This document shows, in pieces, positions 47,753 to 58,934 of a stretch of DNA of 64,000 nucleotides. This stretch comes from Candidatus Eiseniibacteriota bacterium (lineage in GTDB: Bacteria; Eisenbacteria; RBG-16-71-46; CAZAMP01), in the NCBI GenBank assembly GCA_965224245.1, contig OZ245046.1:3168001-3232000 (forward strand). The letters are read 5' to 3'. How positions within the stretch are numbered: the stretch's first letter is position 1; every line of letters starts with the position of its first letter. The notes under the pieces were generated by a model, which made no database searches, had not been told where the DNA came from, and was given only the letters and a program-made list of their open reading frames with translations. A program made the translations under genes and the position numbers.

Positions 47753-49834
47753 ATGACACACGAACCCCGCACGCCGGACGAGATCCGCGCCGCCGGCAAC
47801 CGACTGGCCGGAGAGTCCTCGCTGTACCTGCGCCAGCACGCGCACAACCCGATCGACTGGCGCCCCTGGAACGACGAGGCCCTGGCCGCCGCGGCCGAGA
47901 CCGACACGCCGATCTTCCTGTCCATCGGATACTCGTCGTGTCACTGGTGCCACGTGATGGAGCGCGAGGTGTTCGAGCACGACGACGTGGCCGAGCTCCT
48001 GAACCGGCACTTCGTTCCGATCAAGGTCGACCGCGAGGAACGTCCCGACGTGGACGCCACCTACATGTCGGCCGTCCAGGCCATGACGGGCAGCGGGGGC
48101 TGGCCGCTGTCGGTGTTCCTGACGCCGGATCTGCGGCCGTTCTTCGGCGGCACGTACTTCCCGCACCAGCAGTTCGTCCGGGTCCTGCAGCAGATCGTGC
48201 ACACGTACGCGACGCAGCGCGGTGAGCTCGAGGACTACGCCGACCAGCTGACGGCGGCGGTCGGTCGCCGGCCGGAGGCGCGCGCGACGGAGCTGCGAGC
48301 CGGCGTCATCGACGGCGCGGTCGATCGCGCGCGATCCCAGTTCGATCCCGAGCACGGGGGCTTTCAGTCCCCGATGAAGTTCCCGACGCCGCCGCGATGG
48401 CGGTTTCTGCTGCACCAGCACCGGAAGACCGGCGACGCCGACGTGCGCCGCATGCTCGAGACGACCCTCGACGCGATGGCCGGCGGCGGGATCTACGACC
48501 ACGTCGGCGGCGGATTCCACCGCTACACCGTCGACCCGACCTGGACGGTCCCGCACTTCGAGAAGATGCTCTACGACAGCGCGCAGCTCGCCTCGCTCTA
48601 CACCGAGGCCGGGAGGGTGTTCGGCGCGTCGCGCTACGAGTGGATCGCGCGCGACACGCTCGGGTTTCTGCTGCGCGACCTGCGGCTCGACGGTGGCGCG
48701 TTCGCGGCCAGCATCGACGCCGACTCCGGCGGCGAGGAGGGGACGTACTACGTGTGGACGCCCGACGAGATCACCGACGTGGTCGGCGCGGCCGACGCGC
48801 CGGCGCTCTCGGCGCTCCTCGGCGTGACCGACGCCGGCAACTTCGAGGGCGGCCGCTCGGTCCTGACCCGCCGCGCGGATCCCGCGTCGATCGCCCGGCG
48901 CACGGGACGGGACGAGGTCTCGCTCGCGGGACTCTTCGACGCGCACCGTGACGCACTCGCCGACCGGCGCCGCACGCGCGTGGCGCCGGCCCGCGACGAC
49001 AAGGTGGTGACGTCATGGAACGCGCTGGCCATCGCGGCGCTGGCCGGGGCCGCGCGCGCGCTCGACGAGCCGCCGTTCGCCGAGGCGGCCACCGGGGCCG
49101 CCCGCTTCCTGTTCGACACACACCGGCGCCCCGACGGCTCGCTGGCCCGCGCGTCGACCGGCGGGCGCACGTCGGGCGATGCGGTGCTGGACGACTACGC
49201 GTTCCTGGCCGGCGCGCTGATCGAGCTGTTTCAGACCACGTCGGATCCGGCGCACCTCGACTGGGCCATCGAGCTGTGCGAGTGGATTCTCGAGCACCAC
49301 CGGACCGACGGCGGGGGTTTCACGCTGACGCAGGCGACCGCCGCGACGCCGCTGGGGGCGCGCGTCGAATTGTTCGACAGCGTCGAGCCCAGCGGCAACG
49401 CGGCCGCGATCTCGGCGCTCGTTCGCGCCGCCGCGCTGACCGGGCGTCCGGATCTCAGGGACGCCGCCGAGAGCGCGCTCGCCGCGTACTGGCGGATCGT
49501 CGAGAAGGCGCCGCTGGAGATGGGGGCGTGGCTGGATGCGGGTCTGATGTTCCAGGGCCCATTCTACGAGGTCGTCATCGCCGGCGACGCCGACGACCCG
49601 GCCACGGCATCGCTCCGGCGGTCGCTCGCCGGGCTCGACGCGCCGTACGTCGTGAGCATCGCGATCCCGGCCGCGGGCGCGCCCGAGGCCCTGATCACGC
49701 GACTTCCCACCACCGCGGTCAAGGACGCGCCCGGCGCACCGCGCGCGTTCGTCTGCGAGCACGGCACGTGTCTCGCCCCCACCGGGGATCCGGACGAGGT
49801 ACGGCGTCAGGTTCGGCGGGGCTGGACGCTCTGA
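47753..49834 (+). CDS. Thioredoxin-domain YyaL/SPATA20-like protein (DUF255)
   Basis: [50 protein letters not shown]. Confidence 0.93.
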   Translation: MTHEPRTPDEIRAAGNRLAGESSLYLRQHAHNPIDWRPWNDEALAAAAETDTPIFLSIGYSSCHWCHVMEREVFEHDDVAELLNRHFVPIKVDREERPDVDATYMSAVQAMTGSGGWPLSVFLTPDLRPFFGGTYFPHQQFVRVLQQIVHTYATQRGELEDYADQLTAAVGRRPEARATELRAGVIDGAVDRARSQFDPEHGGFQSPMKFPTPPRWRFLLHQHRKTGDADVRRMLETTLDAMAGGGIYDHVGGGFHRYTVDPTWTVPHFEKMLYDSAQLASLYTEAGRVFGASRYEWIARDTLGFLLRDLRLDGGAFAASIDADSGGEEGTYYVWTPDEITDVVGAADAPALSALLGVTDAGNFEGGRSVLTRRADPASIARRTGRDEVSLAGLFDAHRDALADRRRTRVAPARDDKVVTSWNALAIAALAGAARALDEPPFAEAATGAARFLFDTHRRPDGSLARASTGGRTSGDAVLDDYAFLAGALIELFQTTSDPAHLDWAIELCEWILEHHRTDGGGFTLTQATAATPLGARVELFDSVEPSGNAAAISALVRAAALTGRPDLRDAAESALAAYWRIVEKAPLEMGAWLDAGLMFQGPFYEVVIAGDADDPATASLRRSLAGLDAPYVVSIAIPAAGAPEALITRLPTTAVKDAPGAPRAFVCEHGTCLAPTGDPDEVRRQVRRGWTL

Positions 49835-49921
49835 CCGGGTACGGACTCGAGCCGGCCACTTCTCGCGGGGCACCCGGTCGACGGGTGGCGGTCCGGCGCC
49901 CGCTCGCCGAGGGGTGGCCGG

Positions 49922-50704
49922 TCAGAGCTCCGAGTCGAAGAGCATCAGGTCGAGACCGATCTCCAGCCGCTGCGAGGTGACCGAGCAGCTTCCGATCGAC
50001 GGAAACGGATACGCCAGGCGGAGCAGCTCGTCGCGCTCCACGCGCGTCAGGACAAGCCCGTACTCGGCGCGGATGGAGAGGTCGTCGGTCACGTACGACA
50101 CGACGCCGGCGCCGAACCGTCCGGCGAAGCCGGCGGTGCGGCCCGTGCCGATCGGGCGCCACTCGTCGGGGAAGTCGTCGGCCGGACGCCAGCTCACACC
50201 GCCGACGCCCGCGCGCACGAACGGCCCCAGGCGCTCATCGGCCAGCCAGACCGGAAAGACGAGCAGGCTCGCGTCGTAGGTGACGATCCCGAGGTCGTCG
50301 AAGAACGTCGACTCGTCGCCGGGTGCGTCGGCCGGCCCGCGACGGCGCAGCTCGGCGAACGTGTACGCCCAGCTGAGCTCCCAGCTGACGTGCTGCGACA
50401 CGTTGCGGGTCAGCCGCACACCGAGCGTGGTCCCGTCCGTGACGCGGAGCTCGGTCGTCGGGAGCAGGTACTGGTCACGGCTCGACAGGGGCGTCGTCTC
50501 GTCGGACGGAATCAGCGACTCGGTGAAGAGACCGCCCCCGAAGTGCCCGATCTCGGTCTCGCCGACGACGAGGTAGCGCTGAGCCGTCGCCGGCGACGCC
50601 GTCACCCCGACGAGCGCACCCAGAACCCAGAGAGCCGCGCGCGTCGGTACCGGCCGGCCCGACCGCGCGCGCCGCCGGCCGGCGTCTCGCCCGTCAGGGC
50701 ACAA
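49922..50704 (-). CDS. Outer-membrane beta-barrel domain protein
   Basis: Signal-like segment, GPFVRAGVGG, alternating beta strands; start uncertain. Confidence 0.6.
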   Translation of the reverse strand: MCPDGRDAGRRRARSGRPVPTRAALWVLGALVGVTASPATAQRYLVVGETEIGHFGGGLFTESLIPSDETTPLSSRDQYLLPTTELRVTDGTTLGVRLTRNVSQHVSWELSWAYTFAELRRRGPADAPGDESTFFDDLGIVTYDASLLVFPVWLADERLGPFVRAGVGGVSWRPADDFPDEWRPIGTGRTAGFAGRFGAGVVSYVTDDLSIRAEYGLVLTRVERDELLRLAYPFPSIGSCSVTSQRLEIGLDLMLFDSEL

Positions 50705-52118
50705 GGGGCGCGAACTCGACGAGCCCGAGATCTCGTCCGTCGTAGAAGCACTGCGCCTTGCCCTGACTCCACCAGCACCATGCCTCGTAGGTACTCTGGC
50801 CGTCGGCGTAGACGATGATCTCCTCGGGGTTCTCGTCGTTGGTGATGGACGCCATGATGATGTCGTCGTTCGGTCCGTAGCTCGAGAGCATCGACGCGAA
50901 GTGCGTGTTGATGTCGTCGACCTGCTTGCCCTCGGCCAGGCACTGCCACATCAGGAGGTACTTGAGCGCGCCCTCGGTGTCACCCTTGAGACGAAGCACC
51001 TGGGCCACGTAGCGATAGCCCTCGGCGCTCTTCGGCGCGAGGTCGATGACCTGGCGCGCGTAGGCCAGCGTCGAGTCGTGCTCCTCGACCGAGAAGAAGC
51101 ACGCGATCACGAACATGAGGTGCTCGCGACGTCGCTCGGCGGAGTCCTCGTCACTGAACTCGCCCGACTCGACCAGCCGGCGACGCGCGTTCTCCGCGGA
51201 TCGGCTGAGCTGTATCGCGGTGCGGAAGTCCGCGGCGGCCTGCCCGGAGCCGGCCGCGAGCTCGGCCTCGGCCTTGGCGCGGGTCACCAGCGATACGTTG
51301 CGGCTGTACGTGTAGAGCTCGGCGTCGGGTGCATCGAGCGAGATCGCCTCGTTGAAGAGATGGGCGGACTCGTCCAGCATCGCGATGCCCGACTCGCGCT
51401 CGGCCGCATCCGAGCTCGCCGCGGTGGTGGATCCGTCGTTGTAGAGCTCGGTGGCGCGAATCTCGAGCTGCTGTCGCAGGAGCTTCAGCGTGGTCTCGTT
51501 GTCGGGCTCGAGGTCGTACGCCGCACGATACGCACGGAGCCCCTCGACGGTCTTCTCGAGGCCGCGGTACGCGCTCCCCAGGTTCCGCCAGGCCCGGACG
51601 TCGGTCGAGTCGACGGCGATCGCGTTGCTGAACTCGGCGGCGGCCATCTCGTAGTTCTGCTCGTCGAAGTGCTCGCTGCCGGCCATGAACCGCTCGGTCC
51701 AGTAGAACTGCTGGTTGTTCTCGATGTCGGGGATGAGCTTCTTGTACTTCTGCTCGTCGGCCTTGGCCAGCGGGAGCGCGGCCCGGAACGCATCACCTGC
51801 CGCCTCGTAGCACCCGAGCTGCCCGTAGGCCATGGCCAGCCGCATGAAGTACTCGGGCTCGGTGTTGTCGAGATGAACGGCCAGCTCCGCCTCGCGAGCC
51901 GCCTTCCGGAACAGACCCTGATTGAAGTACAGCTTCGTGCTTCGGAGGTGGAGCTTCGCGTCGCGCAGCTCCTCGCGCGTTGCATCCTCCCAGAGGTGTC
52001 CGACGTCGGTCGCGCAGTCGAACGGCTCTTCCTCTTCGGTCTGGGCGCGGAGCGCCGGGACCGAGACGGCCGACACGAGAACGAGGGCCGCGAGGACCTT
52101 CGAGTATGAGACACGCAT
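50694..52118 (-). CDS. Exported tetratricopeptide repeat protein
   Basis: Signal peptide MRVSYSKVLAALVLVSAVSVPALRA; AWRNLG-type TPRs; AGGAGG RBS. Confidence 0.8.
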   Translation of the reverse strand: MRVSYSKVLAALVLVSAVSVPALRAQTEEEEPFDCATDVGHLWEDATREELRDAKLHLRSTKLYFNQGLFRKAAREAELAVHLDNTEPEYFMRLAMAYGQLGCYEAAGDAFRAALPLAKADEQKYKKLIPDIENNQQFYWTERFMAGSEHFDEQNYEMAAAEFSNAIAVDSTDVRAWRNLGSAYRGLEKTVEGLRAYRAAYDLEPDNETTLKLLRQQLEIRATELYNDGSTTAASSDAAERESGIAMLDESAHLFNEAISLDAPDAELYTYSRNVSLVTRAKAEAELAAGSGQAAADFRTAIQLSRSAENARRRLVESGEFSDEDSAERRREHLMFVIACFFSVEEHDSTLAYARQVIDLAPKSAEGYRYVAQVLRLKGDTEGALKYLLMWQCLAEGKQVDDINTHFASMLSSYGPNDDIIMASITNDENPEEIIVYADGQSTYEAWCWWSQGKAQCFYDGRDLGLVEFAPLVP

Positions 52119-52247
52119 GTGAGTCCTCCTAACCGCCCGCCACGCGCGGGACGAGAGCGCGGGCTCGCGACGGGGTCCGTCGTGCCGACGAATCCGCCGT
52201 GCCGACGGCTCCGTCGTCAGTCGAGGGTGAGCGCGCGGAAGCCTACT

Positions 52248-54053
52248 TTAGGGTCCGGGCGCCTGCAAGCGCTCCAGGGACGCGTGACGGACCTCGGACG
52301 ATTCGACGCGGGTGGGGCCCCGAAACCACTCGAGGCGCGCCGGATACCGCACGCCCTCGAATCGTCGGTACTTCCCGAACCGAAGCTCCTCCAACTCGTT
52401 GGACCCTGCCCGGCCGTCGAGGGTCACACGCGTGGGAAGGCCGGTCTCCACGTCCAGGTCGATCGTGACGACGTCCACCGAATCGGTGACCATCACCCGC
52501 TGAAACCACCGACCGTCCCGAAACGCTCCCCCTTCGTAACGAATTGACGTGACCTCGTCGCCGAATCGCGCGGCCAGCCCCACCGGGTCGGCGGCGCCGC
52601 GGACACGGAGACGCCGCCGGTCGGCGTCGTCGAACGGCTCGGATTCCCCGTCCAGCGTCCGCCCGGCGCCGCTCGCGTCGAGCCACTCCGCCACGTGCAT
52701 CTCGGTCCCGTCGGGGACGAACTCGCGGCGGATCGCGCGGCCGAGCGGGTCGATCCGCTCGGTGAGCGCCCCGGCCAGCACGGCTCCATCTCGCCACCAC
52801 CACCAGTCCGACTCGACGACGACACGGGCAGCGCCCTCGAACGGGGTCGCGTCAACGGCGGGGGAGTCCACGACCACGTTGCGGCGCGCCCGCCGGCCCA
52901 CCGCCGCGACGAGGGCAAGCGACTCGGGCCCGCTGAGCGCGTCCGCGGTGACCGGGTCGCCGCTCCAGAGCTCGGTCGGCCCGAATCCGGCCGCCGGCGC
53001 GGCTCCGGTGGTGACCGCCACCACGCTCTCGCCGAGCCCGGCCAACGCGGCCTCCCGGATGCTCTCGGGCGTGACCGCGTCCCAGGCGCGGCGGACCTCG
53101 ATGGCCAGCCGGGGCCGGCGCGACCACTCGGACAGGAGCACGGCGGTCGGGAACCAGCGATCGGGCTGGCTGTAGGACTGGGTGTCCTCGGCCAGGAGCC
53201 ACTGCCGATGCGCATCCACGAGTCCCCCGGCCAGGAGCTCGGTGCGATAGCGCGCCAGCCGCGCCTCGACCCGCGCGCGCAGCGCCGGAAGCGAGTCGGC
53301 CGACATCGGCCAGCGCGCGACCACCAGCCGCCGGCTCCGCATCGGAACCGTCGTGACGTCCGCCCCCTCGGCGCCCAGCTCGAGCGCCAGATCACGCGCC
53401 AGCACGCGCGCGGCCTCCGGGTCCTCGCCGAGGTCGGTGTCGATCGGGACGCCGACCACGCTCGCCACCGGCTCGTCGTCCGGAAGATGCCGCCACCAGC
53501 CGCCGAGCGGCATCACCTCGTCGGGCTCGGGATCCGCGCCCCCACGGTCGTGGTCGGGCAGCGCGCGTCCGGCGGTCACCAGGGCCTCCATCAGCGCCGC
53601 GGCCGGTGCGTCGGCGGCGAGGATCAGACGCGGGCGGTCGGGCTCCCGATCCCGAAGGAGGCTCGGCCAGCGCGCGCCGGCGAGATAGAGCAGATGACGC
53701 AACGGCGCCGATCCGGGCGGATCGGACCGGCCGTCGCGCGGACCGGGGGCGTGCGCGGAGGAGAGGAGCGACGCCAGCGCCACGTCGGCGTCCGCCGCAT
53801 CCGCCCGGAGCACGCGGTGCCCGGCCAGCTCGCGAGCCCGGACCGGCGCCGCCATCGGCGGTGTCTCGCCGGAGAGCGGCAGGTCGGGAGGATCCACCAG
53901 GCACGCGGTGTACCCGGTCACGCGGGCCGACACCGCGACCAGGTCCCATCCCCCGAGCTCGCGAACGTGAATCTCGGTCGGAACGGCGCGCGCGCTCCCG
54001 GCGCCGGCGACGAGACACAACCCGACGAGGAGGCTACGCCGCCCCGCGATCAC
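52248..54053 (-). CDS. Hypothetical exported protein (degenerate M16-like region plus LolA-like C-terminal region, tentative)
   Basis: GTG overlaps the upstream stop; signal peptide; AVTPESIREAA and YRRFEGVRYP patterns. Confidence 0.5.
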   Translation of the reverse strand: MIAGRRSLLVGLCLVAGAGSARAVPTEIHVRELGGWDLVAVSARVTGYTACLVDPPDLPLSGETPPMAAPVRARELAGHRVLRADAADADVALASLLSSAHAPGPRDGRSDPPGSAPLRHLLYLAGARWPSLLRDREPDRPRLILAADAPAAALMEALVTAGRALPDHDRGGADPEPDEVMPLGGWWRHLPDDEPVASVVGVPIDTDLGEDPEAARVLARDLALELGAEGADVTTVPMRSRRLVVARWPMSADSLPALRARVEARLARYRTELLAGGLVDAHRQWLLAEDTQSYSQPDRWFPTAVLLSEWSRRPRLAIEVRRAWDAVTPESIREAALAGLGESVVAVTTGAAPAAGFGPTELWSGDPVTADALSGPESLALVAAVGRRARRNVVVDSPAVDATPFEGAARVVVESDWWWWRDGAVLAGALTERIDPLGRAIRREFVPDGTEMHVAEWLDASGAGRTLDGESEPFDDADRRRLRVRGAADPVGLAARFGDEVTSIRYEGGAFRDGRWFQRVMVTDSVDVVTIDLDVETGLPTRVTLDGRAGSNELEELRFGKYRRFEGVRYPARLEWFRGPTRVESSEVRHASLERLQAPGP

Positions 54054-54841
54054 GGCGTGACCGTCTCGCCGATGTGGATGACGAGTCGCTCGCTCGGTAC
54101 CTCGGCCTTGACCACACGCCCCTTCGGATCGAGCCACACGTTGGTCAGGAGCGCCGGCAGGTCCAGCTTCACCGTCGGGACCTCGGTGCCGTCCAGGAGC
54201 TGGATCGTCTCCTCGTACTGCACGAGGAAGTCGGTGAGCACGTTCACCTCGAGCTGCGGCACAAAGTAGTTGCGCCGCACCTTCTCCACGGCGGGGTTCA
54301 CCGGCTGGAGCCGGAACGCCAGATCGAACGGACCGATGAACACGAAGTCGAGCAGGCGGCTGTTCTCGTTGTACCGCGGCGAGATCTCCCGTGGCTCGGC
54401 CCCGGGCTGCTCGATCTGCATCTCGGCGTACGGGAAGTTCATCGTCACGTTGATCGTGGTCACGCCCTGGGGCCGCTCGAGCTCGAGGTCGTACGACACG
54501 GGACGCCCCCATGCGTCCAGCTCGGCGATGGCGTGCCCCTTCAGCTTCATCGAGGACCCGTACGGAACACCGTCGACGTCGATCGTGTTCATCATCAGGT
54601 AGCGATCGCGGGTGCGCGGGATGCGTTCGATCGTGAGCCAGCTCTCGCCGGCGTCGTTGCCGTTGGCGTAGTAGAAGTACTGCTGCTTCTGCCCCACCGG
54701 CCACACCTCTTCGATCTTCCGCTCTTCCAGCGCGAGGGCGCCGTTCGTGAAGACGAGCGCGGCGGCGGTGGCAGAGAGGGCGGCCGCGGAAAAAAGCGTG
54801 AGACGGCGAATCGGGGTGTGATACCGTGTCGGGTCCGACAT
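54050..54841 (-). CDS. Hypothetical exported protein (DUF3108-like)
   Basis: Signal peptide; beta-rich; C-terminal VWLDPKGRVVK; GAGGAG RBS. Confidence 0.65.
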   Translation of the reverse strand: MSDPTRYHTPIRRLTLFSAAALSATAAALVFTNGALALEERKIEEVWPVGQKQQYFYYANGNDAGESWLTIERIPRTRDRYLMMNTIDVDGVPYGSSMKLKGHAIAELDAWGRPVSYDLELERPQGVTTINVTMNFPYAEMQIEQPGAEPREISPRYNENSRLLDFVFIGPFDLAFRLQPVNPAVEKVRRNYFVPQLEVNVLTDFLVQYEETIQLLDGTEVPTVKLDLPALLTNVWLDPKGRVVKAEVPSERLVIHIGETVTP

Positions 54842-55205
54842 GAGACGTGCTCCTCGGTCAGGTCGATGACGTGAGCGGTGGCCGACTCGAGGACTGGCGA
54901 GTCCAAAACCCCGGCCCACCTCTTCAATCACGGTAGATGTCGATCACGGTACGGCTGGTGAGCCGACATCGGCCGGCGCATCGCGCGCGGCGTGCCCGCC
55001 CGACGTCGCGTCGGGGCGATCTCGAGCACCGTGGTCGAGCGTCGAGTCGTCGGCGGACGAGGGTATCTGACGGAATCCGCCACCGGCAACCCGTTTCCCG
55101 TGTGCTCCCGGTCGTCCGATCGTCGAGCCGGGTGACGAGCTTGTCCACCCCCCGTCGCGGGTTTGGTTCCGGGCCCGAGCCCGGTACGACGGAGAGTGCT
55201 GCGTC

Positions 55206-57236
55206 ATGAGCCTTCGGTCCGGACAGCTCATCCTGCTCGCACGCCGGGGAACCGTGGACCTGGCGGTCGTGGTGTCCCGGCCCGAGCATGGCGTGTTCCG
55301 TGCGTTCACGCTGGACGGCAAGACGAGCCGCTTTCCCGAGACACTGCCCCGTTTCGGACCGATCGGCACGATGTCGGTGTCCGAGAACCCGGTCGAGATG
55401 AAGCGCACGCTCACCGAACGGGACGCGACGCTTCGAGCCACGGCGGCCGCGCTCGACGTCGAGGTGCTCCGGGCGATCACGCTGGACGAGGTGCGCCCGT
55501 ACTCGCTGGAGGAGCTCTCGGGTCTCTTGTACGAGGAGGCCGCGACGCCCGAACGACTCGGCGCGCTCCTGGTCGCGCTCTTCGATCCCGAGAACGGCTT
55601 CGACGTCACCGAGAAGGGCTTCACGCCGGTGTCCGACGACGTGCTGGCCGAGCGCGAGCGGGAACGCGAGGCCGCGCACCAGCGTGCGATCGAGCGTCAC
55701 GAGCGGCAGCGCCGCGAGAAGCTCCAGAAGCGCCTCCGGGCCGACACGCTCGTCCCGGAGCTGAAGCTCCTGGTCACGGGCCGCGCCGATCCCGCCCGGC
55801 TGAGCCCGGTGACGCTCGACTGGCTTCGTGATCTGCGAGAGCGCGTCACGCGACGGGACGCGTCACGCAACGGGGACGGCGCCTACGGCGAGGGCCTCAT
55901 CCGCATCCAGGACGAGAACCACGCCGTGCAGCTCCTGGCCCGGGCGGGCCTGTGGGATCCCGACGTCGAGGACCTCGTGGCCATCCGCACGGCGCTCGGA
56001 TCGCCCATTCCCGACGACGTCGTGGCCGAGGCCGGAGCGCTCCGGCCTCGCGACGTTCACGCCGAGGACCGGACCGATCTGCCCACGTTCACGATCGACA
56101 GCGCGAGCACGCAGGATCTCGACGACGCGATCTCGATCCGGCGGGTGGACGACGGCTTTCGGGTCGACGTACACATCGCGGACGTCGAGCGCTGGGTGCG
56201 ACCGGGAACCGCGCTCGACCGATGGGGCGCCGAGACCGCCGAGTCGCTGTACCTCCCCGAGCGCATCTGCCATCTCTTCCCGAGGGCGCTGGTGGAACGG
56301 GTCTCGCTGGATCCCGGCGTGGACCGGCACGCGTTCTCGCTCGGCGTGCTCGTCCGGGATTGCGGCGACGTGACCGATCTCCGGTTCGCGCGCACACGCG
56401 TGCGATCCGACGAGCGCGTCGACTACGAGACCGCCGACGAGCGCTTTGGGTCCGATCCCACGTGGCGGTCCTGGCTTCCCCTGATCGAGGTGCTCCAGCG
56501 CCGGCGGGAGTCGCGCGGCGCGCGCGTCACGCTCCTGCCCGACCTCGAGATCAAGCCCGGCCCCGACGGCATCCAGACCCGCGTCGTCATCACCGACACG
56601 CCCGCGCATCGTCTGATCTCCGAGCTCATGGTGTTCTTCAACGAGCAGGTGGGGCTCGCGTTCCGGAACGCCGACGTGCCCGCCATCTTCAAGACGCAGC
56701 CGGAGGGGTCTCCCGACACCGAGTTCCCCGATCGCGAGGACCCGCTGTACTTCTCGAAGATCGTCCGGCTCCTGCGCCCGTCGGTCACGGGCCTCGAGCC
56801 GGGACGGCACACGTTCATGGGCGTCGACGCATACTGTCAGGCCACCAGCCCCATCCGCCGCTACGCCGACCTCGTGCACCAGCGACAGCTGGCCGCGCTC
56901 CTGGCCGGCGAGCCGCCCCCGTACACCCGTGACGCGCTGACGCTCCTGTACCCGCAGCTCGACACGCGCGCGTCCGAGGTCCGTCAGGTCGAGCGGCGGC
57001 GACGGCGATACTGGGTGCTTCGCCGCCTCTCGCAGCTTCGCGGCACGCGAATCGAGGGCATCGTCAGCCAGATCCGTCCCGGCGGCCGGCCGGCGGTCTT
57101 CTTCCCCCAGCTGCTCTCGGAGTTCGGGCTCATCATGCCCGAGGATTTCCCCGTCGAGATCGGCGACGAGATCTACGTGACCCCACGGCGGGTCGACCCG
57201 ATCCGCGGAGGCGTCTGGGCCGCGCCGTCCGGCTGA
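55206..57236 (+). CDS. RNB-domain exoribonuclease (RNase II family)
   Basis: FTIDSASTQDLDDAIS, VHIADV, ATSPIRRYADL. Confidence 0.92.
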   Translation: MSLRSGQLILLARRGTVDLAVVVSRPEHGVFRAFTLDGKTSRFPETLPRFGPIGTMSVSENPVEMKRTLTERDATLRATAAALDVEVLRAITLDEVRPYSLEELSGLLYEEAATPERLGALLVALFDPENGFDVTEKGFTPVSDDVLAEREREREAAHQRAIERHERQRREKLQKRLRADTLVPELKLLVTGRADPARLSPVTLDWLRDLRERVTRRDASRNGDGAYGEGLIRIQDENHAVQLLARAGLWDPDVEDLVAIRTALGSPIPDDVVAEAGALRPRDVHAEDRTDLPTFTIDSASTQDLDDAISIRRVDDGFRVDVHIADVERWVRPGTALDRWGAETAESLYLPERICHLFPRALVERVSLDPGVDRHAFSLGVLVRDCGDVTDLRFARTRVRSDERVDYETADERFGSDPTWRSWLPLIEVLQRRRESRGARVTLLPDLEIKPGPDGIQTRVVITDTPAHRLISELMVFFNEQVGLAFRNADVPAIFKTQPEGSPDTEFPDREDPLYFSKIVRLLRPSVTGLEPGRHTFMGVDAYCQATSPIRRYADLVHQRQLAALLAGEPPPYTRDALTLLYPQLDTRASEVRQVERRRRRYWVLRRLSQLRGTRIEGIVSQIRPGGRPAVFFPQLLSEFGLIMPEDFPVEIGDEIYVTPRRVDPIRGGVWAAPSG

Positions 57237-57297
57237 CCGCAGGCGGGTGCGGGCACCGGCGGCCCCGCCTCTAACCGTTTCTCTCTCCGTGACTTAC

Positions 57298-57326
57298 TTG
57301 ACCGCACGTCGCCCCCGACCTATAGT
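57298..57326 (+). promoter_or_regulatory. Sigma70 promoter for the NSS transporter
   Basis: TTGACC-17bp-TATAGT. Confidence 0.65.
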
Positions 57327-57404
57327 GCGCGCGGTCTCGGAGGACCGCTGCCCGCGGCCGCGACCCGGCCGCCACCAGAAGCCGATCGCCACGGGAGGGA
57401 GCCG

Positions 57405-58787
57405 ATGACGACCGATCGAGGACACTGGAAATCGTCGGTGGGATTCATCTTCGCCGCCGCCGGAAGTGCGATCGGGCTCGGCAACCTCTGGAAGTTCCCC
57501 TACATCACCTGGCACAACAACGGCGGCGCGTTCGTGCTGGTGTACCTGATCTGCATCGCGATCGTGGGGCTCCCGATCATGGTCGCCGAGATCATGATCG
57601 GCCGCCGCACCCAGAAGAGCCCCGTCGGCGCGATGCGCGACGCCGCGGGCAAGCCCTGGGCGTTCGTGGGCGGCCTCGGTGTCGTGACCGGATTCGTGAT
57701 TCTCAGCTACTACGCGGTGGTCGCCGGCTGGGCGATCCAGTACTTCGCGCAGTGCGTCGGCTGGTCGATGAACGGATACACCGCGGGCGCCGCCGGGGAC
57801 GGCTTCGGCGGCTTCGTCACCGACGGCGGTCGCCAGATCCTCCTGGCCGCCGCGTTCCTCGCCGTGACCGCGGTGGTCGTGCTGGCGGGGATCGGCCGCG
57901 GGATCGAGCGCATCACCCGCCAGCTGATGCCGCTCCTGTTCCTGATCCTGCTCCTCCTCCTGATCACCGCGCTCCGGATGCCGGGCGCGTCCGAGGCGGT
58001 CGCGTTCATCTTCCGGCCGAACTTCTCCGAGCTCCCGGCCGCGGGAGTGCTCGAGGCGCTCGGTCACTCGTTCTTCACGCTGTCGCTCGGCATGGGCGCG
58101 ATGATCACCTACGGGTCGTACATGCGCCGCACCGACTCGGTCACGCGCGCGTCCGGAGTCGTGGTCGCGCTCGACACCCTGATCGCGCTGGTCGCGACCG
58201 TGATCATGTTCTCGGTCATCTTCTCGGTGCCCGGCGTGCGCGAGACCATCGGCAAGTCCACCGCCGGCATGCTGTTCGTGACCCTGCCGGAGATCTTCTA
58301 CACCAACGTACCCATGGGACAGATCGTGGCCCCGCTCTTCTACGTGCTGGTCGGGTTCGCCGCCCTCACCTCGACGATCTCGCTCCTCGAGGTGGTCGTG
58401 TCCTACTGCATCGACGAGCAGGGCTGGCCGCGCCGCCAGTCCACGATCCTGTGCACGATCGTGATCTTCGGGATCTCGGTGCTGTGTGCCCTCTCGTTCG
58501 GCGCGGTCTCCGGCCTCTCGGACTTCAGCGTGTTCGCCGGGAAGAACGGCATGTTCGACACGCTCGATCACCTGGCCGCGAACTGGATGCTGCCCGTGGG
58601 CGGCCTCTTCATCACGCTCGCTGCGGGATGGGCGATCTCGTCGGCGGTGTCGCGCGAGGAGCTGACCGAGCCCGCGCCGCCGGGCTTCTTCAACTACTCG
58701 GCGTGGCTGTTCTTCATTCGCTTCGTGGCGCCGGCGGCGGTGGCCGCGATCATCATCGCGGTGATCCTGGGACGCGACTTCTCGTAG
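57405..58787 (+). CDS. Sodium-dependent transporter, NSS/SNF family
   Basis: GSAIGLGNLWKFPY, NGGAF, FFTLSLGMG, AALTSTISLLE. Confidence 0.95.
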   Translation: MTTDRGHWKSSVGFIFAAAGSAIGLGNLWKFPYITWHNNGGAFVLVYLICIAIVGLPIMVAEIMIGRRTQKSPVGAMRDAAGKPWAFVGGLGVVTGFVILSYYAVVAGWAIQYFAQCVGWSMNGYTAGAAGDGFGGFVTDGGRQILLAAAFLAVTAVVVLAGIGRGIERITRQLMPLLFLILLLLLITALRMPGASEAVAFIFRPNFSELPAAGVLEALGHSFFTLSLGMGAMITYGSYMRRTDSVTRASGVVVALDTLIALVATVIMFSVIFSVPGVRETIGKSTAGMLFVTLPEIFYTNVPMGQIVAPLFYVLVGFAALTSTISLLEVVVSYCIDEQGWPRRQSTILCTIVIFGISVLCALSFGAVSGLSDFSVFAGKNGMFDTLDHLAANWMLPVGGLFITLAAGWAISSAVSREELTEPAPPGFFNYSAWLFFIRFVAPAAVAAIIIAVILGRDFS

Positions 58788-58934
58788 CCGGAACGCAAAC
58801 GGCGCGCCGTCTCGGGCGGCGCGCCGCCGCGGCGTACACCCCGCTGGCCCACGTCCTCGCGATGCGGTAGTCTGACGTCCCCGGACCGAGATTCCCACCC
58901 GCCACGGCAAGACGCTCCCCAGAAAGCACCGTCC

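Noticed and set aside
58800-58826. Intrinsic terminator after the NSS transporter
   Set aside because: A GC hairpin is present but there is no U-tract, and such hairpins are common at this GC content.
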